Under the pieces are notes generated by a model. The model ran no database searches. It worked only from the letters and a program-made list of their open reading frames with translations, and was not told the origin of the DNA. Shown piece after piece: positions 43,250 to 56,300 of a stretch of 64,000 nucleotides of DNA. How positions within the stretch are numbered: the first letter of the stretch is position 1; each line of letters begins with the position of its first letter. The DNA comes from Phaeosaccion multiseriatum (taxonomy: Eukaryota > Protista > Ochrophyta, other classes): contig OZ218951.1 of NCBI GenBank assembly GCA_965112735.1, positions 1,798,001 through 1,862,000 of the forward strand. Direction: 5' to 3'. A program made the position numbers and the translations under genes.

Positions 43250-46220
43250 ATGGCTGCCCTCTCGGCAGCAGCAGGAGGAGGAGGGGGTGAGCCTAGCGAG
43301 AGCTACAGCAGAAAGGCAAGCCACGCGGGATCGTGGTACAGTAGCAGCGGCAGGAAACTTAACGCCGAGCTCGACGGTGAGTAAAATATAGTCCTCGGTA
43401 TCCCTCTCTATCCTCCAAAGAGAGATGAGAGGGCGCTCTTCTCACGGCTCTCTCATCATCTCATCGTGTCTCCCTCTCTATCCTCCAAAGAGAGATGACA
43501 GGGCGCTCTTCTCACGGCTCTCTCATCATCTCATCGTGTCTCCCTCTCTATCCTCCAAAGAGAGATGAGAGGGCGCTCTTCTTACGGCGCGCCCTCTCTT
43601 ACTCCCCCCCTTGCTCTTTCGAAGGCTGGCTTAAGGCTGCTGCCGATGGTGCTGCCGGTGGGCATGGTGGTGGGCCTGTGAAGGCCGTCATCGCTCCCCA
43701 TGCCGGCTTCAGCTACTCAGGCCCCACTGCAGCCTTTGCGTACACCCATATGGATCCTGCTAAGGTCATGGCTTGAGAGATGAGAGAGACGGGGAGGTGC
43801 GCTGGGCCATAGGAGATGAGAGGGAGGAAGAGGAGAAGCACACTAACGTCTCTTGCTCCCCCCTCCTTGCCCTGACTCTGCAGATCAAGCGCGTGGTGGT
43901 ACTGGGGCCTAGCCACCATGTGCACTTGCCCGGCTGCGCAGTATCAAAGGCCCTGTTCCTTCAGACCCCGGTCGGGGACATTGAAACAGACCAAGAAACC
44001 ACAGATGAGGTCAGTAGTCAGTAGTCGGCAGAGGTAAAAGTCAACGTCAGGCGTGGCATACAATCGACTGATGTCGCTTTTCCTGAACCTGGCCCGATGC
44101 CCGATCTGGCCCGCCCCGGTGTGCATCTGCCGTTCGACGTGTGTGTGGGCACTCTCTTGGAACACCAGCTGCTGCAGTCGGGCCAGTTTGAGGTGATGAC
44201 CCCCGACATGGACGAGGACGAGCACTCCATTGAGATGCACCTGCCCTACGTTGCCAAGGTCATGCGAGGGCGGGCCTTCAAGGTAGGTAGGGAGAGCAGG
44301 CGTTTGTTCTTCAATTTGCTTTCCTACTGAGCACTACTCGCACGAGCACGCAGAGCACCTGGCAGTGGTACATGGTACATGTATGTATTGATAGAGTGAG
44401 TAGACTGTGTGCGTTTTGTTTGGTACTTGCGCCGCTTCCTCCCGACGCCCCCCCTTGTCACCTTCCAGAGTATGCTCTTGGTATCGAGCTTGAGGGGCCC
44501 TTAGCAGGGTATGCTCACACCGGAGGGGCGCCGACTTCATTATCGCCCTCTCCCTCCTACCCTTCTCTCTCTCGCTCTTACCTCGCTGCTGCTGCTGCTA
44601 CCCCTCCCCCCCCCTCCAGGCCGTGACCATCATGGTGGGCTCCACCAGCCCCGTGCAGGAAGAGGCATATGGCAAGCTCCTAGCCCCCCTGCTAAGAGAC
44701 CCCCACACCTTCTTCGTCGTCAGGTACTGTACAGGAAGGAGGGGCGAATGGGCGGGCGCCAGTTTAGGTGTGTCTGCACCGAGTAGGGCATACACACTAA
44801 GGGATTGTCGGCCACAATAGCTGGGGCTAGAAGCGAAATTCCCATTATTGCTCCGCAAAGACGAGTTGTGCGGTTCGGGTGTCTTCTGTCACGCTCTCTC
44901 TCTCTCTTTGTGTGTGGGGGGGGGGGGAGCGTACCCCTCGTTTCCAGAGTGCTGCTCTCACCAATACATGCATTCGTATTCTCACTCTCTCTCTCTCTCC
45001 GTGTGTGTGTGTGTGTCTGTCAATCTCTCCTTCCACAGCTCCGACTTTTGCCACTGGGGCAGGCGCTTCCGCTACACGCCACACGACCCCAAGCGAGGCA
45101 GCATTTCTGAGTACGTTGAGTGGCTGGACAGACAGGTAGGAGGGATGGCAGCATATGGCACAGTGTTGTGGCTAGGGAAGCAGAAGCCTATGTAGCTTAA
45201 GAGGAACCGAACGATGTATCGATGGATGAATATGCATGTGCGTGTTGTAGACGGGCCTTTCTCTCTAGTGACCAACCCCCCCTCCCCCTTTCCTCTTGAA
45301 CCGATGTACTCATCCGTCCTGTATGGACTGATTGGGGCCACTCCTCTTTGCAGGGCATGGCGCTGATCGAGGCGCAAGACATCAAAGGTTATTACGCCTA
45401 CTTGGACAACTTGAAGGTGAGAAGTTTGTATCATCAAATATCGAGTTTGATTCCACTTGACTTCACGGCACTAGTTGCTTGCACTCCTCTGCCCTTCCTC
45501 TTCGACTCTCCTGCGTGGTGGGGAGGATGTTTTGGTGTTTTTAGTGTGTACTTGCTTGCACTCCTTTGTTCTTCCTCTTCGACGCTACTGCTTGATGGAG
45601 AAGACGGGCTTGTGTGGTACTTTACTGACCCTCTGGTCGACCCTCTTCCCAACGCCATCCATCTCTCCCTTAACGATGCCCACAGAATACCATCTGCGGC
45701 AGACACCCCATCGGTGTGCTCCTGCAGGCGATGAAGGTCTGTGCGTCGACGGGCTTCCCCCTCCAGGCAGCCTTTGTACGGTACGCGCAGAGCAGTCAGG
45801 CCACGGATATGCAGGTATGCCCGTGAGATGAGAGAGAGAGATACAAGGGCGGGAGGGAGGTGACAGAGGAACTGAGCAAGTTGAAACAGAGACAAGCCTA
45901 GAAACCGAGCAAGCGAAGGAAGGAAGGAAGGAAGGAAGGAAGGAAGGAAGGAAGGAAGGAAGGAAGGAAGGAGGGGAGTGCAGAAGCACACGGCGAGAGA
46001 GGGCATGGCGGAGGGACCTTGGGAGAGGCCAGGAGGGAGGACACAGGACATAAATTCGCATGCACATGACATTGTCACGTATGTTTTCCCTTCTCCCCTT
46101 GTCTCTCTTCCGTCTCTTCCTCCCCCCCCCACCCCACCACCACCGCCGCCGCCGCCACAGGACTCTTCGGTGAGTTATGCGAGTGCTCTGGTCTCGACCT
46201 CCTCAGCCGCACAGACCTGA
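43250..46220 (+). CDS. MEMO1: Protein MEMO1
   Basis: RKASHAGSWY, KAVIAPHAGFSYSGPTAA, VVLGPSHH, DEDEHSIEMHLPY, SSDFCHWGRRFRY, NTICGRHPIGVLL, YAQS, DSSVSYAS. Confidence 0.96.
43401..43590. repeat. 70-bp tandem repeat, ~2.7 copies, in MEMO1 intron 1
   Basis: Unit tccctctctatcctccaaagagagatgagagggcgctcttctcacggctctctcatcatctcatcgtgtc starts at 43401, 43471 and 43541. Confidence 0.92.
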
Positions 46221-46926
46221 GCAGCAGGAGAAAGGAGCAGCAGCAGAGGGGGGGGGAGGAGGAGGACCTGAGCTGAGGAAGGAGCGAAGGCCTTTTTCTC
46301 TCTCGGCCTGGACCACAGGAGAGGAGGCCCGAGGATATCCCCGCGGGACTGACTCCCGCCGAGGCTCTTTCTGCGAAAACGTTTGTAAACAGAATGGGAC
46401 TGTATATACCAAGAGAGAGAATGGAGGGAATGATGTATTGCCACCCAAGCCACCGCGAAGGGGAGGGTGAAGGGCGAAGGGGGGGTCCTGGCTCCGTGCA
46501 GTTGAGTCTTGGTGGATGGGGGCCTACCGACTGACCTCACTCAGAGCTTTGGGAGGAGAAACATCCGCCCTGAACGTCGGATGGGGCTTCCTTCCTTCCT
46601 TTCTTCCTACCTTCCAGAGCTGTAAGTAGGTCGCTCGGGAGTTGAGCTAACAGGGAGGACCAGGGTAATGTTAATGATGTACACATATAAGATACAGGCA
46701 AAAGCACTTCTTCCTGGGGGAGAACCACTCCTCGAGCCCATGGACAACTGGAATAGACTTCAGCACCAAGCCGATTCCGGAGGCAGCGTTTCCCATGATG
46801 GATGTGGATAAATTCTACCCTCCTTTTTCCCTTACTCCTTTTAGTATAATAAAGAGAGAGGAGAGAGACTGCGTGTGTTAGGTTCCATTTAGGCTAGCGG
46901 AATCACCCAAGACTCAGTGTATGTAT

Positions 46927-47104
<178 letters not shown>

Positions 47105-47482
47105 TATGTGTGTAGGGCCGTAAGAAAAGAAGAAAGAGGGGAAAAATTGGGGAGGGAATGGGGAGGTGGGTTGGTTCGTCAATCCATCTGTGACTCCCCT
47201 CTTTTCTCTTCTCCTCTTTGTTTCTCTTCTCCTCATCCCTGGTTTCCTGTGGGTGGACGTTGTGTGCAGCAGCACCAGCGTTTAGCAGCATGAGTAGCAG
47301 CAGCAGCAGAAATAGTAGTTGAAGCAGCAGCAGCAGCGCAGAAGTAGTTGCACCAGCAAAAGCCCGAAGAGAACTTAAACAAATCCCCCAAGGAGACGAT
47401 CGCCCAAAGCAAATATTGGTCTAATATTAGGTTTGGGGGGTTATAAGAGTTAGCCAGGAGTGGAACGGATCCACTGCGCCAG

Positions 47483-48388
47483 ATGTTGACGCACATCCTC
47501 TTTGTGTGTACGAGCAACACCTGCAGGAGCCCCATGGCGGGTAAGAGGTGCTATTTCTTCCTCCCCTCTACTTGTGTTGCGTCTTTCCTCTAATCCTACC
47601 ACGGATCTCTCCACCGCAGAGGCGTTGGCTTGTCACAGCCTGAAGGGGCGGGAAGGTTTTACAGTCTCCTCACGAGGTAAGCATAACTCCTTCCTTCCTT
47701 TTCCTTGCGGCACTCCCATTGGAGTGTGTGCCTTGCTCACAACAAGTGCACGCACCACACTCCCCAACAGCATTGACAGATGACTACGAACCCCCCAACT
47801 CCCCTGCCAATCCCCATGGGGTGGAGGCTTTGCGGAGTCTGTGCGGGTTGGACACGTCGACGCACCGCTCAGCATTGCTCACTTGCGAGGAGATTGATGG
47901 GGCAGCCAAGATATACACCATGACATCGGCACAACGGGAAATTGTCCTTCGCATGGGTGAGTCTGGGACAGGAAGAGCGCCGGGTGTAGTGTAGCTTAGT
48001 AACGGATGGGAGGCATGAGCAGGAGAGAAGGCCAAGCCTTCCCCGGTTTCTGCCCACAACCGTCAGCCCCCCCCCCTTCCCGCCCTTGTTCACCGCCTTT
48101 CCCGCAGGTAGAAGGCGGAGAAGCAGCAGCAGCCGCAGCAGCAGCAGCAGCAGTGAAAGTGGCGGCGGTAGCAGCTGCCACAGCTCTGAGGAGGAGCTAG
48201 CGAAGAAGGTGCTGCTTCTATCCCCTAGTGGAGAAGACATATCAGATCCCTGGCGGAAATCTGCTTCCGTTTACAATGCCTGCGCGAAGCAGATCCGAGA
48301 CGCCGTCAGCTTTGTCCTGGATAGGGACTTTCCATTGGAGCAGGAGGCAGCGCGGGCCATCCCTGCTGCAGACGATGAAAAGCAATGA
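47483..48388 (+). CDS. Low-molecular-weight phosphatase (LMW-PTP/ArsC fold), YwlE-like
   Basis: P-loop ILFVCTSNTCRSPMA|E, VSSRA, HRS, IYTMT, DISDPW...VYNACAKQI. Four exons. An upstream exon cannot be excluded. Confidence 0.88.
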
Positions 48389-49288
48389 CGGACGCCTCGG
48401 GGAACGAGTAACGCTTGACAAGAGGAGAGAGGAAGAGACGGAACAAAACTGAGCCCCAAAGCCATGCCTGCACCCCAATAGCTTTGACGTTTGAGCGTGT
48501 TGGCATCACGTCAAGGCTGCTTCTCAGAGGGGGTGGGGGCGTGAGACACATGCTCTACGTCAGCCAGTCAGTCGGAGCCACTACACCGGAGACTGAGACT
48601 GTCGATCGGAGCCCTTACACCAGAGAGGTACGTAAGTAGTACAATGTTTGTCTTATTTCTTGCCGTGTGTTATATTCTATTGCCTGTGGCGGCGGTGATA
48701 TATTCCCGAATCTCTTTGCCCTGGGCGTGTTATGTACATGTTTGTGCAAGTGGACGTGTATGTGCCTTGTTCGTCCTCTGATTCTCTGCTCTGGTCTTGT
48801 CTCTATCTCCCGCCCTTTCCTTTTTGCCACTGTTCTGTCCAATCCCTTCGTGTCACCCTCCAGCTGGGAAGATCAGCGACAGCTGTAGTCGATGACAAGG
48901 GATCCAATAGAACCACAGCAAAGGGAAGGAGGGGCGACAGAGCCATCAATTCGTCCTGGAGTGGAATTGAACTCTGGTGCCACTGCTCGTCTCAAGAATA
49001 GGGTGCTGTGGCAGCTCTATCCTACTCACCTACCTATCTATCTATCTACCTACCTACATGCCTTTGTGCCTCTCCTTTGTGGGAGGAAGCTTTGGGCGGG
49101 CCCGGGCGACGCCGGTTGTGGGATGGAGCCCATCCACTGCCTCGCAGCCCATCTATTGCCATCTATTTCGCAAGTCCGGCCTCGGGGCCAAACTGGTATC
49201 TTCCCCTCGGTAAGCCGCACCGCACCGTAGAGGGAGGGGGGGGTTGGGTGTTGTGTGTGTGACATACCCCAATGCGGTGGTCAGTCGA

Positions 49289-52200
49289 TCACAGAATGGT
49301 GCTACCGAGGCCAGAGGCGCAGAGAGCCATCGCCATCTCCAAGGTTCTCTGTTTGGCTTCGGGTGTCTGTGCCAGGCTAGGATTCACCTGTGTAGGACAG
49401 CGGAGGAGGAGGAGGATGGGAGGAAAGGAGGAGGAGGAGGAGGAGGAGGAGGAGTGAGGGGGGTCAGATAGAAAAGGGGCGGGAGAGGGTGAGCAGCAGC
49501 AGCAAGTGTCCTTTTCGTATGTGAACGGAATCACTCTCTCAATACACAGCTTCTTACCCCCACTACAGTGGTACCCACTCCACTCCCACACACACACACA
49601 CACATCTTCTCTCCCCTCCCATGACGCAGTCGCGCACTCCCTCACTCACTTGCGCACTCCCTCACTCCCTCATGCACTCATTCACTCCCTCAATCCCTCA
49701 TGCAACTCCCAAACCCTCACCCACTCACCTCCACAAGGTCCATGGAGCCGAGCAGTCCCGTCTCTGCCGCTGCCTCCACCACAAACTCGGCCTCGCGGTA
49801 AGTGAGCCCGCCCCTCACCATGGTGCCTTTTTGGGGGGGGGGGGGGATGGCAGTGGATGAGGGTCAGCGGTTAGGAGCATGTTGCACATCTAGGGGGAAG
49901 GCGGGCGTGCAGGGGAGTGCAATACCCAACACAACCATACACACACACAGTCACGGCTGCTGAGGAGAGAGCACAAATCTTCCTTAAGCTTGCAGAGCTC
50001 ACACCAGATGAAGGCGACTGACCGACCCCCTTCCACCCCCCCTCCTTCCCTCCCCCCCTTCCTTTCTTCCGTCCGCGTCCTTCCTTCTCCCCTCCGCTGC
50101 TTCGTCCCTCCCTTCCTCCTGCCCTTTCTTCCTCCACATCTTACCAGTAGCGGGTGCCCATCTGGGGTCGAGAGCGTCAATATCGAAGGACAGGTGCAGC
50201 GGCCGAGAGCCCGCGGTCAGGTGTGCGAGGGCGTCAGACACACACGGCCCGATGCCTCTCCGATCGACGTCTACAGGGAAGGTTTCCGGGGCGGGAGGAA
50301 AGGGAGGGGTTGAGACGGCAGACTGGAGCTTGCTTGTCGGTAGTAGGAGAGGTAGGTGAGAGGCGACCGACCAAGACTGGAAGGCGGCATTCCTTTGCTC
50401 TCGAGGGTCACGGACAGACAGACAGACAGACATAGAGGCAGGCAGGCAGGCATACGGACTCAGGGACCGACCGACCTTGCATCGTGCTCACGAACATTCC
50501 CATCTGCACCGGCAAGAAAAGGAGGGGGAGAGGAGCAAGGAAGGAGTTGGGGCGGAGGGCAGCAAGTCCAAAACCAAGAACACAGTGAGAATCTCCACCC
50601 GCGTGTGTGGAGATAGAGAGAGCAAAGCCCGCATGGGTAATTTTTCGACCACCGCATTGACTGACTACACTACCACGATAGCGCTACTAGAATAGTGCCG
50701 ACCGACCTCTTTGGACATCTTACGGAGCAGCCTCTTCTCTGAAGGGTCGAGGTCTCGCAGTCCAATGTAGGCGATTTGCGAGGGCTGCAGGGTTGGGTAC
50801 ACCGCCGAGGGCTGAACGCCCCCGACCTCTGCCTTCTCCTCCAGCCACTCCAGGCCCTTCTCCGGCAGGAAAGAAGGGGCAGGAAGAAGCAGGGGAAGGC
50901 GGTATACGTGGTGGTGACGTGTGATGATGAGGAGAGTGGCGACGGGTGATGATGATGAGTTGCGTGTCGGGTGTCGGTAAACATTGGTATGGTACAGCGC
51001 CAGCAAGAGCAGACTAGTGCTGGAGCAGAGCAGAGAGAGCATACAAGCAGGGCAGAGCAGAGCCGCAGACAGATTGACCGCCCCCTTCAGCTCTTCCCCT
51101 CCACTCCCCTCTCATCCCTCCCTCACCTGGATAGTAGCCGGATCACAGAGGCGCATGAGAAGGCCCAGGGGCATGCCGTGCATGTTGCCGCTGGGGGAGG
51201 AGGCTGGAGTGTTGATATCGGCATGCGCGTCCACCCAGAGCACGCCGGTGTCGCTGCGAGTGGCGAGCAGGCCTGGGGCATCGAATCGAGGAGCAGAAAC
51301 AAGACAAGAGGAAGGAGAGGAGTTCAGTAAATCAATACAGTAATTGGAAGTGCTCGTTTCTCGAAGCTTCGTTCCTTTCGAAGGGCATGAAAGGTGCAAC
51401 GACCATCGCAGGGGTGAACCGGCGAACAGGGCGAACGGGTAGCTGAGTACCCGTGGCCCTCATGGTTGACTACCTAGCAAGCAGCTCACGCACGCACGCA
51501 CGCACGCACGCAACACGCAAGCACCTGCCAATGTTCCGATGGCGATGCTGTGGTCTCCGCCGATGGTGAGAACGAATCTGCCTGCGGCAGCGGCTCTGTA
51601 GGATGGCAATCAGCGGGCGCGAATGGGTGCGTGTGTACATGCGAGAGGGGCCCCCGCCCCGCCCGCCCCTTGGCCCGTAAACGTCAACTCAAACTTACTT
51701 GTGGACAGTGGTCGCGAGCGTGTGGTTCCCTGCCCCCACCGAGAGCGACTGCAGAGCCTTGCCTTCCTGCATCTTGGTGGGGTCGGAGGCTGTCCCTACT
51801 CCGGTCGAGTAGGACATGGGAATATCTCCCTGGAGGTTTAGATCGGGTGGGTTAGGGGTGGAGGGAGAGAGGAGGCAGGGAAGGAGTACGGCCGTCAAAA
51901 GGCTTGGTGCACTGCATGCACCACGCACACTCACACCCACACACGCACCATATTCTCCAGCCTCCAGCCGAGCTTCATGACCACGTCGTGAAGGCCGGCG
52001 TCGCGCATCAGCTGAGGCGCCTGCTCCACCCCGGCCACCGGTTGGCCGTATTGCATGGGGGCGCCGATCTGCGGAGCGAGACGTGAGCGCGGGGCAAAGG
52101 GTTGGAGCGAGGAGAGGAGCTTGCACTTGACGATCGATGGTACAACAGGTGTGGAGGAAGGCTGAGGCTGTTGCCTCTGGCTGCTCGTGGCTCGGTGCCC

Positions 52201-52542
52201 CCCACTCACCAGAGCGACTGTTCTCGATGGGCAAAGGAAGCTGGGCATTGGCGGCAGATCGTCGAGAAGCACGTCGTCGAGCTGAGCCAGGACGCCCCGC
52301 ACGGGGCTGTTGGCCTTTCTGCTGCTCCTGCTGCTGCTGCTGCTGCTGGTCGTGGTGGTGCTCAAACTTCTCCTAGATGCACCGCCAACCCGCGCCGGTG
52401 AGAGCTTCCGTGTGGGTACAGTTTCCAGCAGAGCGGAGCTCAGGCGTCTTCTGTTGCTCCGACCGGCGCAACTCGCTAACGCTGTTCTCGCGCTTCCTCC
52501 ACAGGAAGAGACGGCTCTGAAGGAAATAAAAGCGGACGACAT
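49289..52542 (-). CDS. Arginase with mitochondrial-type presequence
   Basis: [75 protein letters not shown]|VNP. Arg/Ser-rich N-terminus [11 protein letters not shown]. Confidence 0.96.
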
Positions 52543-53002
52543 CGTCAGTACCACCTCCCGCTCTCCCTCTCCTCTGTTGGAGTAGGCGTTTATACTATCG
52601 TGGCGTCGGAGAAGGACAAAAAAGGAGAAGAAAAGAGAAAAGTAAAAATGATGTGGAAGGGTAAGTTGATGATCCATTCACAGATGGCCGAATTTTCTTC
52701 TTCTTTTCCTTCTTTTTTCTTTCTCTTTTTTTTCTCTTCGTCTCTTCTAATTTTGTGTGTGAGCACTGTGTTTGGCAGACGCCCCATGGCGTAATTACTT
52801 AATTAATTTTAAATACTGCCCCACACCTTCCCTATTCTCCCCCCCCCCTCCCAACAATTAACGTACAGAAAGCCCAAAAAATGGACGAGGTATTTGACAG
52901 CGCCTCCCCATCACCCCACCCAACCCACGCTGGCACGAATCACCACCACCACCACCACCACCACCACCAACCCCACCACCCTTGTCGCCTCACCCATCCT
53001 CT

Positions 53003-53303
53003 CTAGTAGCGCCCCTGATGTTCTTCCGAGAGTCCGGGCAGCCAGCCGCTATTGTACATGGGTGGGGCCATCCCTGCCGCTGTCGCCGCGGCTGCTGGTG
53101 GCGCTTGGTGGTACACTCCTGGCCTCCACGAGCCTGCGGGGGGGGCAGCAACGCCCTCGCCGTGCATGAGAAGCGAGTGCATCGTCTCTGAGGGGCCGCC
53201 ATGGAAAAACGACGGCATCTGCCCGCCTGCGGTTGGTGGGTAGTGCTGCTGCGGGTGCTGGTGCGGGTGGAGCTGGTGCTGTGGTTGTTGATGATAATGA
53301 TGG

Positions 53304-53368
<65 letters not shown>

Positions 53369-56300
53369 ATGGTGGTGGTGGAGTTGCTGCTGATGGTGGT
53401 GGTGATGCCGGCCCTGCTGCTGCATGAGCATCTGCTGCTCATGCTGCCGCTGCTGCTGTTGCTGCTGCTGCTGTACAAGCTGCCGCTGCTCTCCCATCTG
53501 CCTGGGCTCCACGCGTGCCCTCTTGTTGCGTGTTTGGGCCAGCACGGGGGTGTTGCCCATGGATGATTGGTGCCGAAGGCGGGAATTTGGATGATAGTCG
53601 ATGGGGGTCGTACCTCTGTCGCCTGCTCCTGCCGCTACTGCTTCTGATGCTGCTGATGCCGATGCTGCTGCTGCTGCTGACGCTGCTGCTGATGCTGCTG
53701 CGTTGCTGCTCGGTGTGAACATCCCAGCGCTGCTCTTGGTCTGGCGAGTGCCCTTGCCTACGCCCTGTTCTGATCCTCCTTCACCAGCGCCGGCGCCCCC
53801 TTTCCCCGAGCCGTGGGGGAAGGCAGCCGTAGAGAGCTTGTACACCCCCGACGACTCCCTCACCCGCATCCGCTTCCGACATGCTCTATTGACGGCTGAG
53901 AATGGATCCTCCGGAGTGCCGAGGGTGCTCGTTCCGAAGATAAAAGTGGGTCGAACCGCCCGGCCGAGAGGTCCGGAGTGGGGCAGCATTTGTGACGAGA
54001 AGCGATCGCCTCTGTACCCCATACACCCCCCCAGTGGTAAGTCATTGGGCACAACCTTGACGCTGATGTTGTTCAAGATACGATGCGTGGTGCTGCCCGG
54101 TGGAGGCAGAGGCGCCACCAGCTCCTGTCGCGCCGGATCGCTCCTACTATTGCTGCCACTGCCCCCGCTGCCACCGCTGTTATCGTTGACGCCCCCACTG
54201 CCCACTCCTCTCTTGCCCGGGGAAGAGTGTTGCTGCAGGTCTCCTCTTCCGCGGAGATTGACCACTCTTCGAGCGTCTTCCACAGTCTGGATTGAGTCCA
54301 CGACCTTTTGCTGCTTGGATACGTTGCGCATGTCCAGAATAAAGTCTTTGGCCGCGTACAGATAAACCTGCACAGTGGATAAGTTGTGGGGGAGGGAGAG
54401 GGGGAGGGGGGCGCTACTTTGGTTGGAGACAAACGGACCTTCCTTTTCATCTCAGCAGAGGCGCCGGAGCAACACTCGGCCCGAAGGGGCACAAGAGGGA
54501 CAACAGTGAGAGCACTTTCGGAAGCATCAAGAAAGAGGGAACACGACAAAACGACAAACACGGTAGGTAGTTAATGCCCCCTCTCACCTTGTTGTAAAAG
54601 CTGATGATGTCTCCCGTAGCCCCGTTCCCCATTCGTATGCTCTTGGTCACGGCATTTTTGCGGACAGAGGTTGGCGGCAGCAGGCTCTGATAGAGGCCCA
54701 CGGGCTCCACCAGTGGGGAGGGCGGCTCCGGTAGGCTCTCATGCAGGTTGGTTCGGTTCTCCTCGAGCAAGTCACTGTAGGCCTTGATGACGCTCTTCAT
54801 GGCGATGCCTGCGTACACTTTGTTGATGCGGCAGATGCTGTACGCGCTGCAGATGATGATCTGCCGGTAGGAGGGGAGGGGAGGGACGGAGAGGGGGTGA
54901 GAGAAGGAGAGAGACAGGAAAAAAATAAATACATCGAAACCGGGGTAATCAATACCCCTTTGCTCCTCCATACAGCACTCTTGCTGCCGCCTCCCTTCTG
55001 CATGGACTAGAAAGCGAACTACGTCCTCACTCACTCACCTGGTCCAAATGTCTCCCCTCCAGCATGCCGTAGTGCTTTGTGATGCAGTGAAGCACCACCG
55101 TCCAGACCTGATTCCCCGCCGACGGGGCCCACTTGAGCTGCTTCAGACACATCCTGTTGATCATGTCTGCGCAATAGAGCACCAACTTCCGCGTGAAGAG
55201 CTCCAGGAAGGTGGAGTGCGGGCCCTTCTTCCTGCCGCCCATGTCTTCGCTCTTCTCCGCTTTGACCACGACTTTCCCCTCCATTTGCTGCTGCTGCCCC
55301 CCCTCCTCACCAGTCTGCGGCTGCCCGTTCTCCTCGTCAGCGCCCCCTTGCCCTTGCCCTTGCCCCTGCCCCTGCCCCTCGGAGGCATTGGCGGCGGCGA
55401 GTGCAGCCATCCAGCCCGACCCACCGTACATCGCCTCATGCTCGAGCGCCGCCGTCGGCCAATCATAGCTCGCCGCAGCGGCACCCTCTGCCTTTCTGTC
55501 CCCACCACGAGCAGCGCCTCTATCACCACTACTATCAGCTTCAGCGTCAGCAGTAGGAGCAGGAGCAGGGGCTCGACTCCCATCGGCCTCAGTGATTAGG
55601 GAGATGAGCGTCGAGCGAGGCTTGCTCCACACGAGGTTAGACACCAGCTCGGCTTGCACTCTCTGCATGTGCTCACTCAACAGGTGGGGCAGGCAGGGGC
55701 AGCACAGGGTGAAGTGGTCCACGACACGCATCATGTCAACGGGGTCCAGCTCCAACGCATCGAGCACCCAGGACAGGGAGTACTCGTCTCCCGTGCGCAC
55801 TGTAGCCAGTACAGCAGGGGCCGGGCAACCATTCAGAGCCTCCGCTTCTGGTGCTCCGTTCAATGACGCCAATCCTCCTGCTACTGCCGCTGCCGCTGCG
55901 GATGCTGCTTTTACGCCGTTTGCTTCGATGGGCCCACGTTGTCCTCCTTTCAGTCCTGTGGCCAGAGCAGACGCGGCGCTTGTAGCTTCTTGCTCCTCCG
56001 CTACAGCTGCGGCCTTCAAAGCCTGCGACTCCAGCACCACCTCGAGACTGCATGCCATGAGCGCCGGGAGCAGATTCCCTTGCTTGAGTAAAGCCGAGTT
56101 GCCTCCCTTTCCTTTCCGCCCCTTCGCCTCGAGAATCAGAACCGTCCGTAGCGTCAGCACCACGAGAGAGGTGGCGGTGGTGGCACACAAACGAAGCGCC
56201 GCCCCCTTCGAAGCTTCGACGGTGCCGTTGCCCTGACCTTCGGCGCTGTGCGATAGGACCAGACCAGACAAGCTCTCCAATTGCCCTTTGACAGCCTCGG

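Noticed and set aside
49060-49240. GC-rich, potentially foldable stretch downstream of arginase as a candidate ncRNA
   Set aside because: No recognisable RNase P/MRP, SRP, snRNA or tRNA motifs. Consistent with 3' UTR.
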